NCBI GenBank assembly: GCA_043228905.1
Contig: JBHGNT010000017.1
Span: forward strand, 992,001-1,056,000
DNA: 64,000 nt
Origin: Azolla caroliniana
Lineage: Eukaryota > Plantae > Polypodiophyta
Direction: 5' to 3'
Shown: positions 44,201 to 55,890 of the stretch, piece after piece
How positions within the stretch are numbered: the stretch's first letter is position 1
Layout: each line of letters starts with the position of its first letter
Notes under the pieces: model-generated
Seen by the model: only the letters and a program-made list of their open reading frames with translations
The model's database searches: none
Told to the model about the DNA's origin: nothing
Translations under genes and position numbers: made by a program

Positions 44201-47200
44201 CAGTGCTCAAACTTCAACTTCAACATTTTCGGAGGCTTGTCATGACATTAGTCAATATGTTCCTAAAGTCAGGGCTGCCCTTGATCAGATAATAAGGACT
44301 TGTCATAGCACTTATGGATCTGCGCGGCTTACTTCTCCAAAGGCCACATTAGGTATTTTTTGTTTGTTTGTATTTGATAAATAAAAAAATGTGCTAAGGT
44401 TGAAAGGGCAAGGTGCATTTAATGTAACTGAATGGCAGAACCTACAAAAGAGAAACAACAAGGGTGGATGGTTTTTAAATGGGCTTTGAAGTGTCTGCCA
44501 AACCTTATACCAGAGATTTGGCGGAATGACAAAATGACAGAAATTCTTCCTGCATATGGCATTAGTATTGAGCCAGGTGTACGGGAAGAAGCAGTACAAG
44601 TTCTCTTCAGAACTGTCCGAGCTCTTCCATATAGTAGGCCAGCAGTCATGAAGGGAATGGCTAACTTTATCCTACAATTACCAGATGAATTCCCACTTTT
44701 GATTCACACTTCATTGGTTCGTTTGGTTCAGCTCATGCAAGCTTGGCAAACGTGTTTGGCAGATGAGAGTATGTATGGGGAGCACAAGAACATGAAGTAC
44801 ATGAAAGGAAGCCAAGAGTTAAATTACAGGGCATCTCCCTACCGTCCACCGGGAACTTCTAGCAAATTCTCTCCTCATGGCATGGATGCTATTGGGTTGA
44901 TTTTCCTTTGCTCAGTTGATGTTCAAACTCGCTATACTGCATTAGAGCTTCTACGTCGTGTTCGTGCATTGCAGAATGACATCCGAAGGTATTCCAAGCG
45001 CAAGTCCGATTTTGAAGAATTGCAACCTACATTTGTAATAGATGTTTTTGAAGAAGCTGGTGTAAGTAACCATTTTTTGGTCTTGTATTTTGTGCATTTG
45101 CAAATGGTGTTAAACAAATGGTGCCATGATCATTTGACAATTGGAATTAGGACAATGTGAGTTTAATTCATGAATTTGTTTATTAGAGATGTTTTACCTA
45201 TAATTCCATCTAACTGATCATCTATTTTTTCTTATGAATCAATTACATAGGATAGTGATGCCACAGTGTTAATATATCATGCATATGAGTCTTTAGAATA
45301 GAGAGACGCGCAACCTGAAAAACACCTGGGATTCCTTTCTGCCTTCTTCTGTCATACAAGGCATTGTGACTGTGTCAAGCAGTCAGCACAATGAGATGTC
45401 TTAATAATGTATATGTAAGGATTTTGTAATTCATCCAAATTTCCCTTTTTTAGGAAGATATTGTGCAAAAGTGTTATTGGAACCCTGGTCGGTGGTTTGA
45501 CTTGAAAAGAGACTGGGAGGTAGTTCCAACAGATGTAACTCTCCAGTATATTTTAGAAGGTCATGATAAAAACAGATGGGGTCGCTGTTTAAGTGAACTG
45601 GTGAAGCATGCTGCAATCCTGTGTCCAGATGCCGTTGACGCTGCAAGGTAAGGGATAAACAATTTCTTTATATGTTTTGGATTGTTTTCTAAGAAAACCT
45701 TGAAATATTACAGACTTGAAGTAGCCCAACGGCTCTCAAACATGACTCCATTAGAACTTGGTGGCAAAGGAAAATTTGAACAGTGGCAATTGTATTCCAT
45801 GTTTGCATGTTCATGCCCTCCAGAGGAAATTGAAGATTCAGGAACACAGGCTGCGAAAGATATATTTAACCTGATTTTTCCCTTGCTAAAATCCCCCTCA
45901 GATTCACAAATTGTAAGCAATTAATCTTTGTACCTTTTAAAACTCCCAGTTTGTGTTTATGACGCTATATATTTTGGTGTGAATTAAATAGAAACTCTTA
46001 GAGCAAATTAGCTTCACAATTATGAGAGCTTGAATATGGGTTATATTGAATATTAACTGCTGTGGGTTATATGCTACAGAAAGTATAACCATTAGAATGT
46101 AAATCTCCATGTCTACATAGGGTTTAGCATGAAGAGAGAAGGAACCAACATCATCGTAACTCTGTTAAATGCATAATTATTCTAAGAGATGATGGATACA
46201 CAGAGTGGCTTAATTATTCTAACAGTTATTGTTGTCGATATATATCAAAGCTCATTTTAGAATGATGGAAGAACTAGAAATCATGATGCCCAAAGAAAAT
46301 TAGAATTAGTACTAGGCAGCTACTGCCCAGATCACATACCGGTAAATTAAACTAGGCAGTAAACTAAAACCATGAAACATGAAAAATAAAATGCTATTCT
46401 ATAGATTTATGAAGGAATGCATCTAGAATGCCTTATTGAAGGCTCCATGCCTGTCTTTCTTGTATTATACATGGGATCTGTGCAGGAATAAGATAAGATT
46501 TAAATCCCTTTTTGAGTTGGCATGTATTGTGGTCACTACTATGATTTGGTTTTTATTATTTTATAACATGCCTAGATGTCCCATGGTATGCCTAATCACC
46601 TAGCATGCAATTTGGGTTAGGGATGTGCTCGAATGGCTCAAGCTTACCTTTCCTCCACAAAGGTAATGGTAGCAATACATGTCCATAAATCCTGGATCTT
46701 GCGTACAGATTGTGCGTTGACAATGCCATCCACATGCCAACGGACCCTCTAGTAGACTTTTAATTGGCGCCTAAAGTAGGTGATGTGTATGCACATTATA
46801 TAATGTGCCTCTTACACTCTTACACATTTAGAAAACAAATCTATTCAAGTGCAGTAATAAGAAAGAAAAAAACCTAGATATGGACTTCAATAAATTGTGA
46901 ACCATAATCAGAATATAAAGAGTGACATACAGTCTATGTATAGAAGAGAATGAAAAGAGATGGCCAACAACATAGTGATAGGCATGTAGAATTTGTATTA
47001 CATAACCCTGTCCTTATACTAAGCTGGTTGCAGGATTCGGGTGCCTTTTGTTAATATCCAATAAGGCTTGTGCTAATTAAACACTATTTTTCGTCTGTGA
47101 AATTGTTGCTTGATATCTGTTTGATGTTTCCTATTAATCATTTCAGTTTATTGCAACATTAGCGCTTGGACATACCCATGTAGACCTCTTGGAAGTCATG

Positions 47201-50200
47201 TTTTCTCCACTTCGTACTTTCCTTACAGAGGTTACATCCGAATCTGAAAGTCGGCCTAAATGGAAGGTTATTTCCTCTCTCATACCTTAAAGGCGTCTCT
47301 TTGCAGGTTAATGGGTTCTAATGTACTTCATGTTTCTTTTGAGTTAGTTGTTGCAATGAATAGACAAGCAAAACTTGTTCTATAAGATTGCATTAATTAG
47401 TACTGATTTTAATTGGAGAACTAACACAAATTTTATGTCACAGTCAAATTTCTATTTGATTTAAACCCTTGTGGACTTTCATCATATCAATTTCCACACT
47501 TTTTGATGTCTGTTTAGGTACCTACATTTGGATTGGCAGTACCATACCATATTCTGTTAGATTGATTGAAATGATCTAATATGGACCTTACTCTTATCCA
47601 GCTTTAACTAACCTGTATATTTGGGTGATGGCATGTATGGTCGTGATTATTTTCTTGTTACCTTATGAAATCATCATTTGTTTTCCTCATAGAAATGTGT
47701 CTGATTTCAGAGTCAGAAACTCCGCCGTGAAGACACTCGGGCCCATGTAGCTAATGTTTATCGCATGGTTGCTGATTCTCTATGGCCAGGGATACTTTCT
47801 AAGAAGCCCACACTCCGGGCTCATTTTTCAAGGTTCATTAATGAAACTGTAAGATATATCTCCTCACAATCTCAAGAGTATGCACAAGAATTGCAGATGC
47901 TGAAGTATTGCCTAGCATCTGTCCTGAGGGCATTATCGCCTGAATTGGTTAAAGCAAATCCAGAACAACTTGATGTGCGTACCAGGAAGAGACTCTTTGA
48001 ACTCCTTTCTTCCTGGTGTGATGATTCTGTGAATACTTGGGGTTCAGACTCAGTGAGCGACTACCGGAGAGAAATTGAGCGCTACAAGTCAGCACAGACT
48101 GCACGTGTAAAGGACTCTATGGAGAGAATTATCCTGGAGAAAGAAATTAATGATCAGGTTGAAACAGTGCAGGTGATGGCTATGAATGGAATGGCATCAT
48201 TGCTTTATGGACCCTGCTTTGATGATGGCGCAAGAAAATTGACCGGAAGGGTTATAACTTGGATCAATAATCTCTTCCTTGACCAGGTGCCTAGAGTTCC
48301 CATCGGTTATTCCCCTGCTGATCCACGCACACCATCACATTCCAAGAATAATGTATCAGGAGTTACTGATTCACACCGAGCTGCCGGTGGTGGCAGAGAT
48401 AGACAGAAGGGAAACTTCTTCAAGGTTCAGCTAGCAAAAACAGCCTTGATGAATCTTCTCCAAAGTAATCTGGACCTTTTTCCGGCATGTATTGATCAGG
48501 TAACTAATGTGCATAAGTCTTGTCCAAAACAATTGTACAAAACATCACTGTATCTTAGCTTGTAATATCGTGTTCAATGCAGTGTTATTCTTCTGATCAA
48601 TCGATTGCTGATGGATACTTCCGTGTACTAGCGGAAGTTTATATGCGCCAAGAAATTCCAAAATGTGAAATACAGAGGCTGTTGAGCCTCATCCTCTACA
48701 AAGTGGTTGATCCCTCGCGACAGATTAGGGATGATGCTCTGCAAATGCTAGAAACACTGTCTGCAAGAGAATGGGTTGAAGAAGGGGAAGGTGCAGGGAG
48801 GTATCGTGCTGCTGTGGTGGGTGATTTGCCAGATTCCTATCAACAATTTCAGTATCAGCTTTCTGCTAAGCTGGCAAAAGAGCATCCAGAGTTAAGTGAA
48901 TATCTATGTGAGGAGATTATGCAGAGACAGTTAGATGCAGTCGATATAATTGCACAACATCAAGTTCTAACTTGCATGGCACCCTGGATTGAGAATCTCC
49001 AGCTATGGATTCTCAAGTATAGTGGCTGGTGTGAGCGGCTTTTAAAAAGTATGTATTATGTAACATGGAGACATGGAGATCAGTTCCCTGATGAGATTGA
49101 GCAGCTATGGAGCACAATTGCAAAGAAAGTGAAAAATGTCGGTCCTGTGCTTGATTTCCTGATTGCCAAGGGTATTGAAGATTGTGATTCAAATGCTTCT
49201 GGTGAGATAAGTGGTGCGTTTGCTACATACTTCCCAGTAGCCCAGAGAATCAGTTTGTACCTAGCAAGAGTCTCCCCACAACAGACAATAGATCACCTGG
49301 TTTGTGAGCTAGCACAGCGCATGATTGATGACCAACCTGAACAAGTAAAACGTGTGATGGATACTATATTTGAGCTCGATAGTTCAAACCCAGTACTTGA
49401 ATTTTCACAAGCTCCTCAGCAGGTGCAAATACTTGATCCTCTGCCCCCGATGTCACCTTTGCTCATCCGGAGCTCTATAGAAGGACAAACAAGGAACGTC
49501 AGTGGAAATCTTAGCTGGAGAACAGCAACAGGCCGGAGTACATCGGGTCCATTAAATGTCCTTGCCATGCCGGAAATACACACAGGACGATCAGGACAAC
49601 TTTTCACTGGATCTGGCCCATTGAGTGTATCGGGCCCTTTAATGGCAGTGCGTACCTCTACAGGAAGCCTTAAAAGTCGTCATCTCTCACGGGATAGTGG
49701 TGACTATTACATTGAGACACCTACTTCTGTGATGGAAGAAGTTCGTTCTAGCACTCCTGCTGCGATAGCAGAGTTTCGGTCAGCGTTACATAACCATTGG
49801 CTTTCTAGAGCAGATATTGCTCTGATTTTGTTGGCAGAGATAGCATATGAGAACGATGAGGATTTTCGTGGTCATCTACCTCTTCTTTTTCACGTAACCT
49901 TTGTATCCATGGATAGTTCTGAGGATATAGTCCTGGAGCATTGCCAGCAATTACTAGTAAATCTTCTTTACTCCCTTGCCGGCAGACCACTTGAATCATA
50001 CAACATTGGAGAGTATGGGGATGGTGAAGATAAGAAGCAAGTAGAGAGCTTGATGAAATATGTACAGTCCAAGAAGGGTAGCATGATGTGGGAACATGAG
50101 GACATAACTTTAGCACGGGTTGATCTCCCAAGTGCAGCCCTTCTTTCAGCCCTTGTTCAAAGTGTTGTTGATGCTCTTTTCTTTCAAGGGGATCTTCGTG

Positions 50201-51714
50201 AAAGATGGGGTGAAGAGGCCTTGAAATGGGCCATGGAATGCTCATCTCGCCATGTCGCATGTAGGTCACATCAGATCTTTCGAGCTCTTCACCCAACTGT
50301 GACAAGTGACACATGTGTCTCTCTTTTAAGGTGCCTTCATCGGTGTTTGAGTAATCCATCACCACCTGTGCTTGGATTTATCATGGAGATACTGTTGTCT
50401 TTACAGGTGATTGTAGAGAATATGGAGCCAGAGAAAGTTATCCTGTACCCCCAGTTGTTTTGGGCATGTGTTGCGATGCTGCACACAGACTATGTCCATA
50501 TATATACTCAAGTACTAGAGCTCTTTGCTCGTGTGATTGACAGACTCTCTCTCCATGATCCGACAACTCAGAATGTCTTGATCTCTAGCATGCCAAAGGA
50601 TGACACTGAGAGAGAACTTGGTAAGGATTTGGGCCGCCTTGACTCAAGGGGTTATGATATTAATAGGAGGGAGGATGGTATTGGTAATGACAACGCCAAA
50701 GCTCCCATATTTGAAGGTGTACAGCCATTAGTGTTGAAGGGTCTTATGTCTACATTAAGCCATGCATCTGCTATCGAGGTTCTATCTAGAATAACCATCG
50801 ACCGTTGTGATTGTATATTAGGGAGCTCCGAGTCGCGGCTTCTTATGCACATAGTTGGGATGGTGCCTTGGCTTTGTCTACAATTGCCAAATGAGCAGAA
50901 CTTTGGTTATGAATCTCCCCTACAACATCAGAGAGCTTGCTTTATTGCTGGCAATATATCAGAATGGTGTGAAGCAAGAGGTTTGGAAGATTTGGCATCA
51001 GTTTTTAGATCATATTCAGAAACTCCATCTATATCGATTGAGGATTTTCTGGGAAGGTTGTCTCCCCTGCTATGTATTGCATGGCTTCCTCGTCATTCAG
51101 CTCTAGCCTTCGGTCATCTTCTTCGTTTGCTTGAGAACGTTCCTACCGAATATCAAAGGGTAATCCTTTTACTTCTGAAATCCCTTCTTCAATACACTCC
51201 TATGGAACCAGCTCAGACTCCTCAGGTGTATTCAATTGTTTCACAATTGGTGGAGGGTCAACTTTGTCGTGAAGCTTTGAAAGTTTTAGAGGCACTTCTA
51301 CAGAACTGCAGTAGCCATATCTCCAATTTCCATACAGACAACTCCACTACCACTGGAGGGAGACAAGATCTATATGGTGGTGTAACTGCTGGTAATGATG
51401 ACCGTCTTGAGAGGCCATCTGCAACTGCAAAGTTAGTCTCCCAAAGCTCTTTTAAGGCAAGAAGTGGCCCTCTGCAGTATTCTTCGGGTTCTGGTGGTGG
51501 ATTTCCTATGCAAACTGCATTACTTAACCATGGAAACATGGATGTGTTGCCTTCACGAGAAGCTGCCCTTCAAAATACAAGATTGGCTCTAGGGAAAGTA
51601 CTCGAGACATATGGGGCAGGAAAGCCAAGAGATGGTAGTAATTCAGTGAAGAGGAGGGATTATAAAAAGCTTGTTCCCTTTGTTCCCAATACTGTTTTGA
51701 TGAATGGTCGATAG
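35231..51714 (+). CDS. MOR2/PAG1/FURRY-family HEAT/ARM scaffold (cell morphogenesis protein), multi-exon
   Basis: Exons join as [26 protein letters not shown] / [21 protein letters not shown] / [15 protein letters not shown] / [16 protein letters not shown] ... and large exons 43743-44352, 44439-45060, 47711-48499 and 48582-51714 end in [11 protein letters not shown]. This matches the plant MOR2-PAG1 family as I recall it. Confidence 0.93.
39860..41450 (-). mobile_element. Degenerate Ty3/gypsy remnant in a MOR2 intron
   Basis: Minus-strand RT fragment [44 protein letters not shown] (~40730-40855), RNase H linker [12 protein letters not shown], and a PPT/LTR junction gggagcataa-tgttaca near 40110. 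Confidence 0.8.
41480..42120 (+). mobile_element. Second gypsy reverse-transcriptase remnant in the opposite orientation
   Basis: [48 protein letters not shown] matches the gypsy RT N-terminal motif. Confidence 0.8.
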
Positions 51715-52555
51715 CAGCAAGAAACACTGGAATTAATCATCATCATCATGAGAAGTCATTTTGATGCATATGTACACTTATTGATTAGTAAGTAAGTTCG
51801 ATTGAAAATTTAAAGGCCTTTATTGTAATCTGTATCAAGAACAGGCCGCAAATGTAATATTTGTGTAATATAGGCTGTCTCTGTAAATACATGTACTGTG
51901 ATGCAGCTGAGTTTCAAGAATTTTCATTGCCAGTGCATAAATTATTTTGTTAAATGGGGTATAATTACATTTTGCATAAATGGGGTATAATCTCCTTTCT
52001 ACATGTGCTGTGATGCAGCAGAGTTTCTGAAATAGGTACATTGAGTTCTTCCGTGGATTAAGGAATGTGGATGTGTGTATTTTACGAAGATTCATTAACT
52101 TCAAGAAAGTTATTGATCAATCAATACACATATGGCAAGTTTTAAGTCAGAGGTTGGCCATGCAGCTTGTGCCAAGGTCGACACCTAGGAAGAAGCATTT
52201 CTATGTCATTCTTCCTCTCATTCTAGTAGTGAAACAAAAGTGGGAATCTTAAACAGTCAACAGTAGACATTTGTTTCTATAACCTAAAGACATACTAAGG
52301 AAGAATTGTAAAAGATGGATAATTTTATACATTCTGCACAAATGTTCATTTATTTTCTGAAAATAGAGACATTAACCAACTAGGCTAATATGCTTTTATG
52401 GTAATCGAGAATACCCTTATATATCCACAATGATTGCCCAATGTGCCAAAACTTCGAGATCCCTTGGTATGTGCCAACAACTTGTCTTCATCTAAGTAGG
52501 GTCCCTAAGTGACATGTTTTGGTCCCCCTATCATTATCGCCTAATTGTTTAGGGA

Positions 52556-52757
52556 CCCAACCCTTAAGTGCAAGGACTCATGATGCTAATTTGTTTGTAT
52601 GAAAAGATAATCCAAATGATTGGACCATGTATGGTTTCTTCCAATAAGAACTATCCCAACCCTTAAGTGCAAGGACCCATGATGCTAATTTGTTTGTACA
52701 AAAAGATAATCCAAATGATTGGACCACGTATGGTTTCTTCCAATAGGGAGTATCCCA
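52556..52757. repeat. Tandem duplication, 2 x 99 bp
   Basis: cccaacccttaagtgcaaggac at 52556 and 52655. Confidence 0.9.
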
Positions 52758-53440
52758 AACAACGATTTGAATCAAGTATCAGAACTTAACGAGTTGGAAG
52801 ATGTTGAACTATCTTGAAGGGCTAGTTAGAGCATGGATTGTTATCCATAGAAGCGTTTCAAACGATGATGAGACTAGTTCCCAACATTTGTGCAAAAGAT
52901 GATATTTGTTTCAAACGAGTACTGCTTTTAGATGGTGTTTGCTATGCCATTTAATCTCCCCCGGATGGTGAGCAATAACCAAAATGAGACTTAGGAGATA
53001 CCTATTGAATAATAAAAAATTAGCACGATTCATACAACTCTTTTTAAACGTGACTCTCTTTTTATGTCATTCACTGCATTGAAAGACAATGAATCGAACG
53101 CAACATAACAAGCCTACGAAGGTGTTCACATGTAGAACCCAGAGTACCTCTACACGTCTCGGTATTCACCTGCCCGATCAGAAAACATCAGCACGATTCA
53201 CGTGACTCTCTTTTAATGTCATTCACTGCATTGAAAGACAATGGATCCAAAACACATCATAACAAATCCTAAGAAGGTGTAGCACAATTACAAATCGGAA
53301 AGAACCCGGATATATCCCGATAGAAATAGGTCACAGAAAACCTTGTTTGATGACAAGCGACTTGTTCTTCTTCTTGGTCACTGCCGAACCAGTATACTAA
53401 CACGACCCTAAGTGTGAAACAGAAATCCAACTTCACCTTT

Positions 53441-53477
53441 ACCCTAACCCTAACCCTAACCCTAATGCCCTATAAAT
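53441..53477 (+). promoter_or_regulatory. Telobox-like (CCCTAA)4 plus TATA box; probable promoter of the snoRNA polycistron
   Basis: accctaaccctaaccctaaccctaa followed by tataaat at 53471, about 50 nt before the first snoRNA. Teloboxes are typical of plant snoRNA and ribosomal-protein promoters. Confidence 0.7.
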
Positions 53478-53527
53478 TCATAACTCCTCGCACCTCCTCC
53501 CTGCACCTGTGTTTCTGAGAATTCAAC

Positions 53528-53616
53528 ATTCTGTTGTGAAGAAGAACCGTGTTTCTAACTATGTCTGGACATCTGATGTACCCTGTTGAGAAACGCCAAG
53601 ATCATCTGAGCAGAAT
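53528..53616 (+). ncRNA. Box C/D snoRNA, predicted guide for the 18S cytidine equivalent to human Cm1272
   Basis: Terminal stem attctgt/gcagaat, C box gtgaaga (53536), D' ctga (53573), D ctga (53606). The 13-nt actatgtctggac is antisense to plant 18S GUCCAGACAUAGU, and the D'+5 rule selects the first C. Confidence 0.8.
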
Positions 53617-53725
53617 CTCACTCATCTCATTGTCGCTGTGTTTTCTTTAAGGTGCATCTCGTCGTCGTCGCCGTCATCTTCTTCCATTTCTTCGTCGTTA
53701 CCTCCTGTTCAAATTTCCTTCCAAT

Positions 53726-53932
53726 GCATCTTATACCAGCTTCTACACGAGCCATTAGTGTCTGCTCAAACTGAAGTTAAATCAGATGCTATAATAAAAC
53801 AGAGATCGGAGGATTTGGGATTATGGTTACATAGAATCCTTCATTCTCTATCTCTTCTCCACGGATACTTACCAGACCGGTTTTTTGGCTCTTTTTTAAT
53901 GCATTCTGGTCCAAATGATCCGTCAGACAGTT
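53726..53932 (+). ncRNA. Candidate box H/ACA snoRNA with three hairpins; the 3' pocket fits the LSU site equivalent to yeast Psi1124
   Basis: Hairpins gcatct/agatgc, agagat/atctct and acggat/atccgt. H box ataaaa (53794) and ACA (53927). Pocket strands cttacc and aaatg fit CAUUU-U-U-GGUAAG, with 14 nt to the ACA. Confidence 0.6.
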
Positions 53933-54089
53933 TAGTAAGTTCATTTTTTTTTACAATTCTCCACTGAAAGTTGCGTTACATCGGCTTCATGGTTCACAGC
54001 TATAGTGCCTTTCCTCATTTTGTACAGCCACAGGCTTGTCTTCTCGTCGTTTATAGATCTTTTTTCCCTGATGCAAACTATATTGGAAT

Positions 54090-54188
54090 TTCCTGATGAT
54101 GTAACATTTGAGACGGGCGGTCTGAAATGATGCCGTGTTGATTGTCTCTCTACATACATGTTTAGATATCTGAACATGGCTGAAAGGA
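54090..54188 (+). ncRNA. U43: Box C/D snoRNA U43/SNORD43 (snR70) homologue; guide for 18S Cm1639 (yeast numbering)
   Basis: C box tgatga (54094). gacgggcggt followed by ctga (54112-54125) is antisense to the universal ACCGCCCGUC, and D'+5 selects the known methylated C. The D box is at 54170 or 54180, so the 3' end is uncertain. Confidence 0.85.
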
Positions 54189-54410
54189 GGTTTTCGTGGA
54201 TTTACTATTCATTTCTTTCCGTGATCTTAGGATTGAAGGCCAATATTGGTGATTTGTTTTATTATTGAGGTGCTTATTTGTTTTAATGTCGATTCATTGC
54301 TGCATGGCACGTTTTGGCTTTTTGTGCTCGATTTTTTCTTCTTTCCATTTTTGATTTGTTATTTTTTTACTGTAGTGGAACTTCTTGTCTTTTAAGATTC
54401 TTCAGAGATT

Positions 54411-54650
54411 TCTGATCGGACTTTTTCGTGTTTTTGGTTTTCATCACCTCCCTATTCCTCTTTTGAATTTCTTAGTTATTGATTCAAATTGCCTCTGATA
54501 GACATTTTCGTGTTTTTGGTTTTGATCACCTCCCTATTCCTCTTTTGCATTTCTTCGTTATTGATTCAAATTGCCTCTGATAGACATTTTCGTGTTTTCC
54601 TTTTTCATCACCTCCCTTTTCCTCTTTTGAATTTCGTCTTTAGTATTGAT
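54411..54650. repeat. Tandem repeat, 3 x ~83 bp, in the spacer between U43 and the snoR16-like RNA
   Basis: tctgat.gac.ttttcgtgtttt units at 54411, 54494 and 54576. Confidence 0.9.
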
Positions 54651-54660
54651 CTTTTTAATT

Positions 54661-54752
54661 TTGGCAAATGATGATTGTTAAACCAGTCTTATTCTACACT
54701 CTGAATTCAAGTGATGTGACAAGTATTATCACCTCTGACAAACTGATGCCAA
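54661..54752 (+). ncRNA. Box C/D snoRNA, snoR16-like, with two guides
   Basis: Stem ttggca/tgccaa, C atgatga (54668), D' (54701), C' gtgatgt, D (54743). The D' guide cttattctacac is antisense to LSU GUGUAGRAUAAG; the D guide tcacctctgacaa is antisense to SSU UUGUCAGAGGUGA. Confidence 0.88.
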
Positions 54753-55010
54753 CATTTTGAACTTGTTTATTCTTCACATAACAATCATTGATAAATTATG
54801 AGAGTTAAGCCAGATTCTTTTTTGATTAACAATATATTAGAGAACAATAAATTAGGGTTGAGATATTCACAGAAGCTTGGGTTCTGATCATGGGTCGTTT
54901 TAAATCATACGAAGCATTCCACTGATTTAAAATACGGAATCATAGCACTGATAAGTAATATCTGTAAATTGTTTAAAGTAGTTAAACGCAATGGTAGTAA
55001 CTGGAATTAA

Positions 55011-55650
55011 GTTCTGTCAGGACCGTCGAATGGTAAAATTTGGAGCATCACAAAAATGTGTTATAGCTGATGCCCTCCCAAGTAATTTATGACTTGGTCA
55101 AAAGAGGGAACTCTCTGGTTGTGATCGTGAATTTATTTCTGCAACGTTTTACATGTCTACAGTGAACTCTATCATTCTATCTCAGAATGTGCAGCATGGA
55201 TGCTCCGAGTAAAGAAGTGTGCCCGCGATCAAATTTTGTTATAGAAAAAATGAATAGAGTGACAAGAAGATTATAATATCGGTGATTGTAGACTGCTGAA
55301 GCTATTCTTGATTATAGTGAACGCCGTTGCAATGTGGAGATGCAGGATCGTTGTGTGCCTGTGTTTGATCTCGCCGCACTTATTCGTCACTGTATTATGT
55401 TCCCAATTCCAAATCAAACAGAAAGCATGTGGAGGAACTGGGATTCCTTCTTCAAGCTTCCTTCCAGTTATGTTACAATATGCACTTCTCCCCGATTTAG
55501 TCTTGAGAACACCATCAAATGGATCAGCTTACTCAGCCATGTATGGCAGTGGCACTGAGCGTGCCTATGGAGAAGCTTTGTGTGATGGAGCGGCTTTCAA
55601 GGGTTGCGGGACCTGCAATGGATGCCTTTCTTTCCTGAAGGACCACATTC
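55011..55650 (+). ncRNA. Putative 640-nt structured non-coding RNA of unknown class
   Basis: An 11-bp end-closing stem is followed by ACA+3 nt, and many nested stems can be drawn by eye (see findings). It lies in line with the snoRNA cluster, and the overlapping ORFs are not recognisable. Confidence 0.4.
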
Positions 55651-55689
55651 TTCAATTCTGTAGCTCTTCCACCCAAGTCCTTGTGTGGG

Positions 55690-55890
55690 CCCATGAGTGC
55701 TTTATTCACTTTGATATAAACCCATTTTGATGGTAGAATTTTATCACTGCATCCATGTCCTGGAAACTATGTCCTAATGAGTGCTTTATTTGCTAATGAA
55801 AACCCTATTTTGATGTAGAAATTACATTTCCTAATGAGTGCTTTATTCCCTTTGATATAAACCCATATTGATGGTAGAAATTTGTCACTG
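55690..55890. repeat. Short degenerate tandem repeat (3 units)
   Basis: atgagtgctttatt...aaccc.a(t/-)tttgat(g)gtagaa recurs near 55692, 55776 and 55834. Confidence 0.8.

Noticed and set aside
53441-53465. (CCCTAA)4 as an interstitial telomere or telomerase RNA template
   Set aside because: It lies upstream of a TATA box and is only four units long, so a telobox-like promoter element explains it better.
53543-53552. aagaac-cgtg pairing around the 18S helix-34 ac4C site (snR4-like acetylation guide)
   Set aside because: Only 6+5 bp with two G-U pairs; not distinguishable from chance.
53865-53878. atacttacc resembling the U1 snRNA 5' end
   Set aside because: No U1 loop I or Sm site follows; the bases are explained as an H/ACA pocket strand.
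54235-54246. gaaggccaatat antisense to 18S ES6, as a U17/snR30 m2-like motif
   Set aside because: No convincing m1 motif, H/ACA hairpin or downstream ACA box.
52556-54650. Short direct repeats as a CRISPR-like array
   Set aside because: They are head-to-tail duplications without unique spacers, in a eukaryotic genome with no cas genes.
55308-55730. 140-aa and 74-aa ORFs as protein-coding genes
   Set aside because: Non-ATG starts in the ORF track, no recognisable domain and no clear exon structure; not formally excluded.
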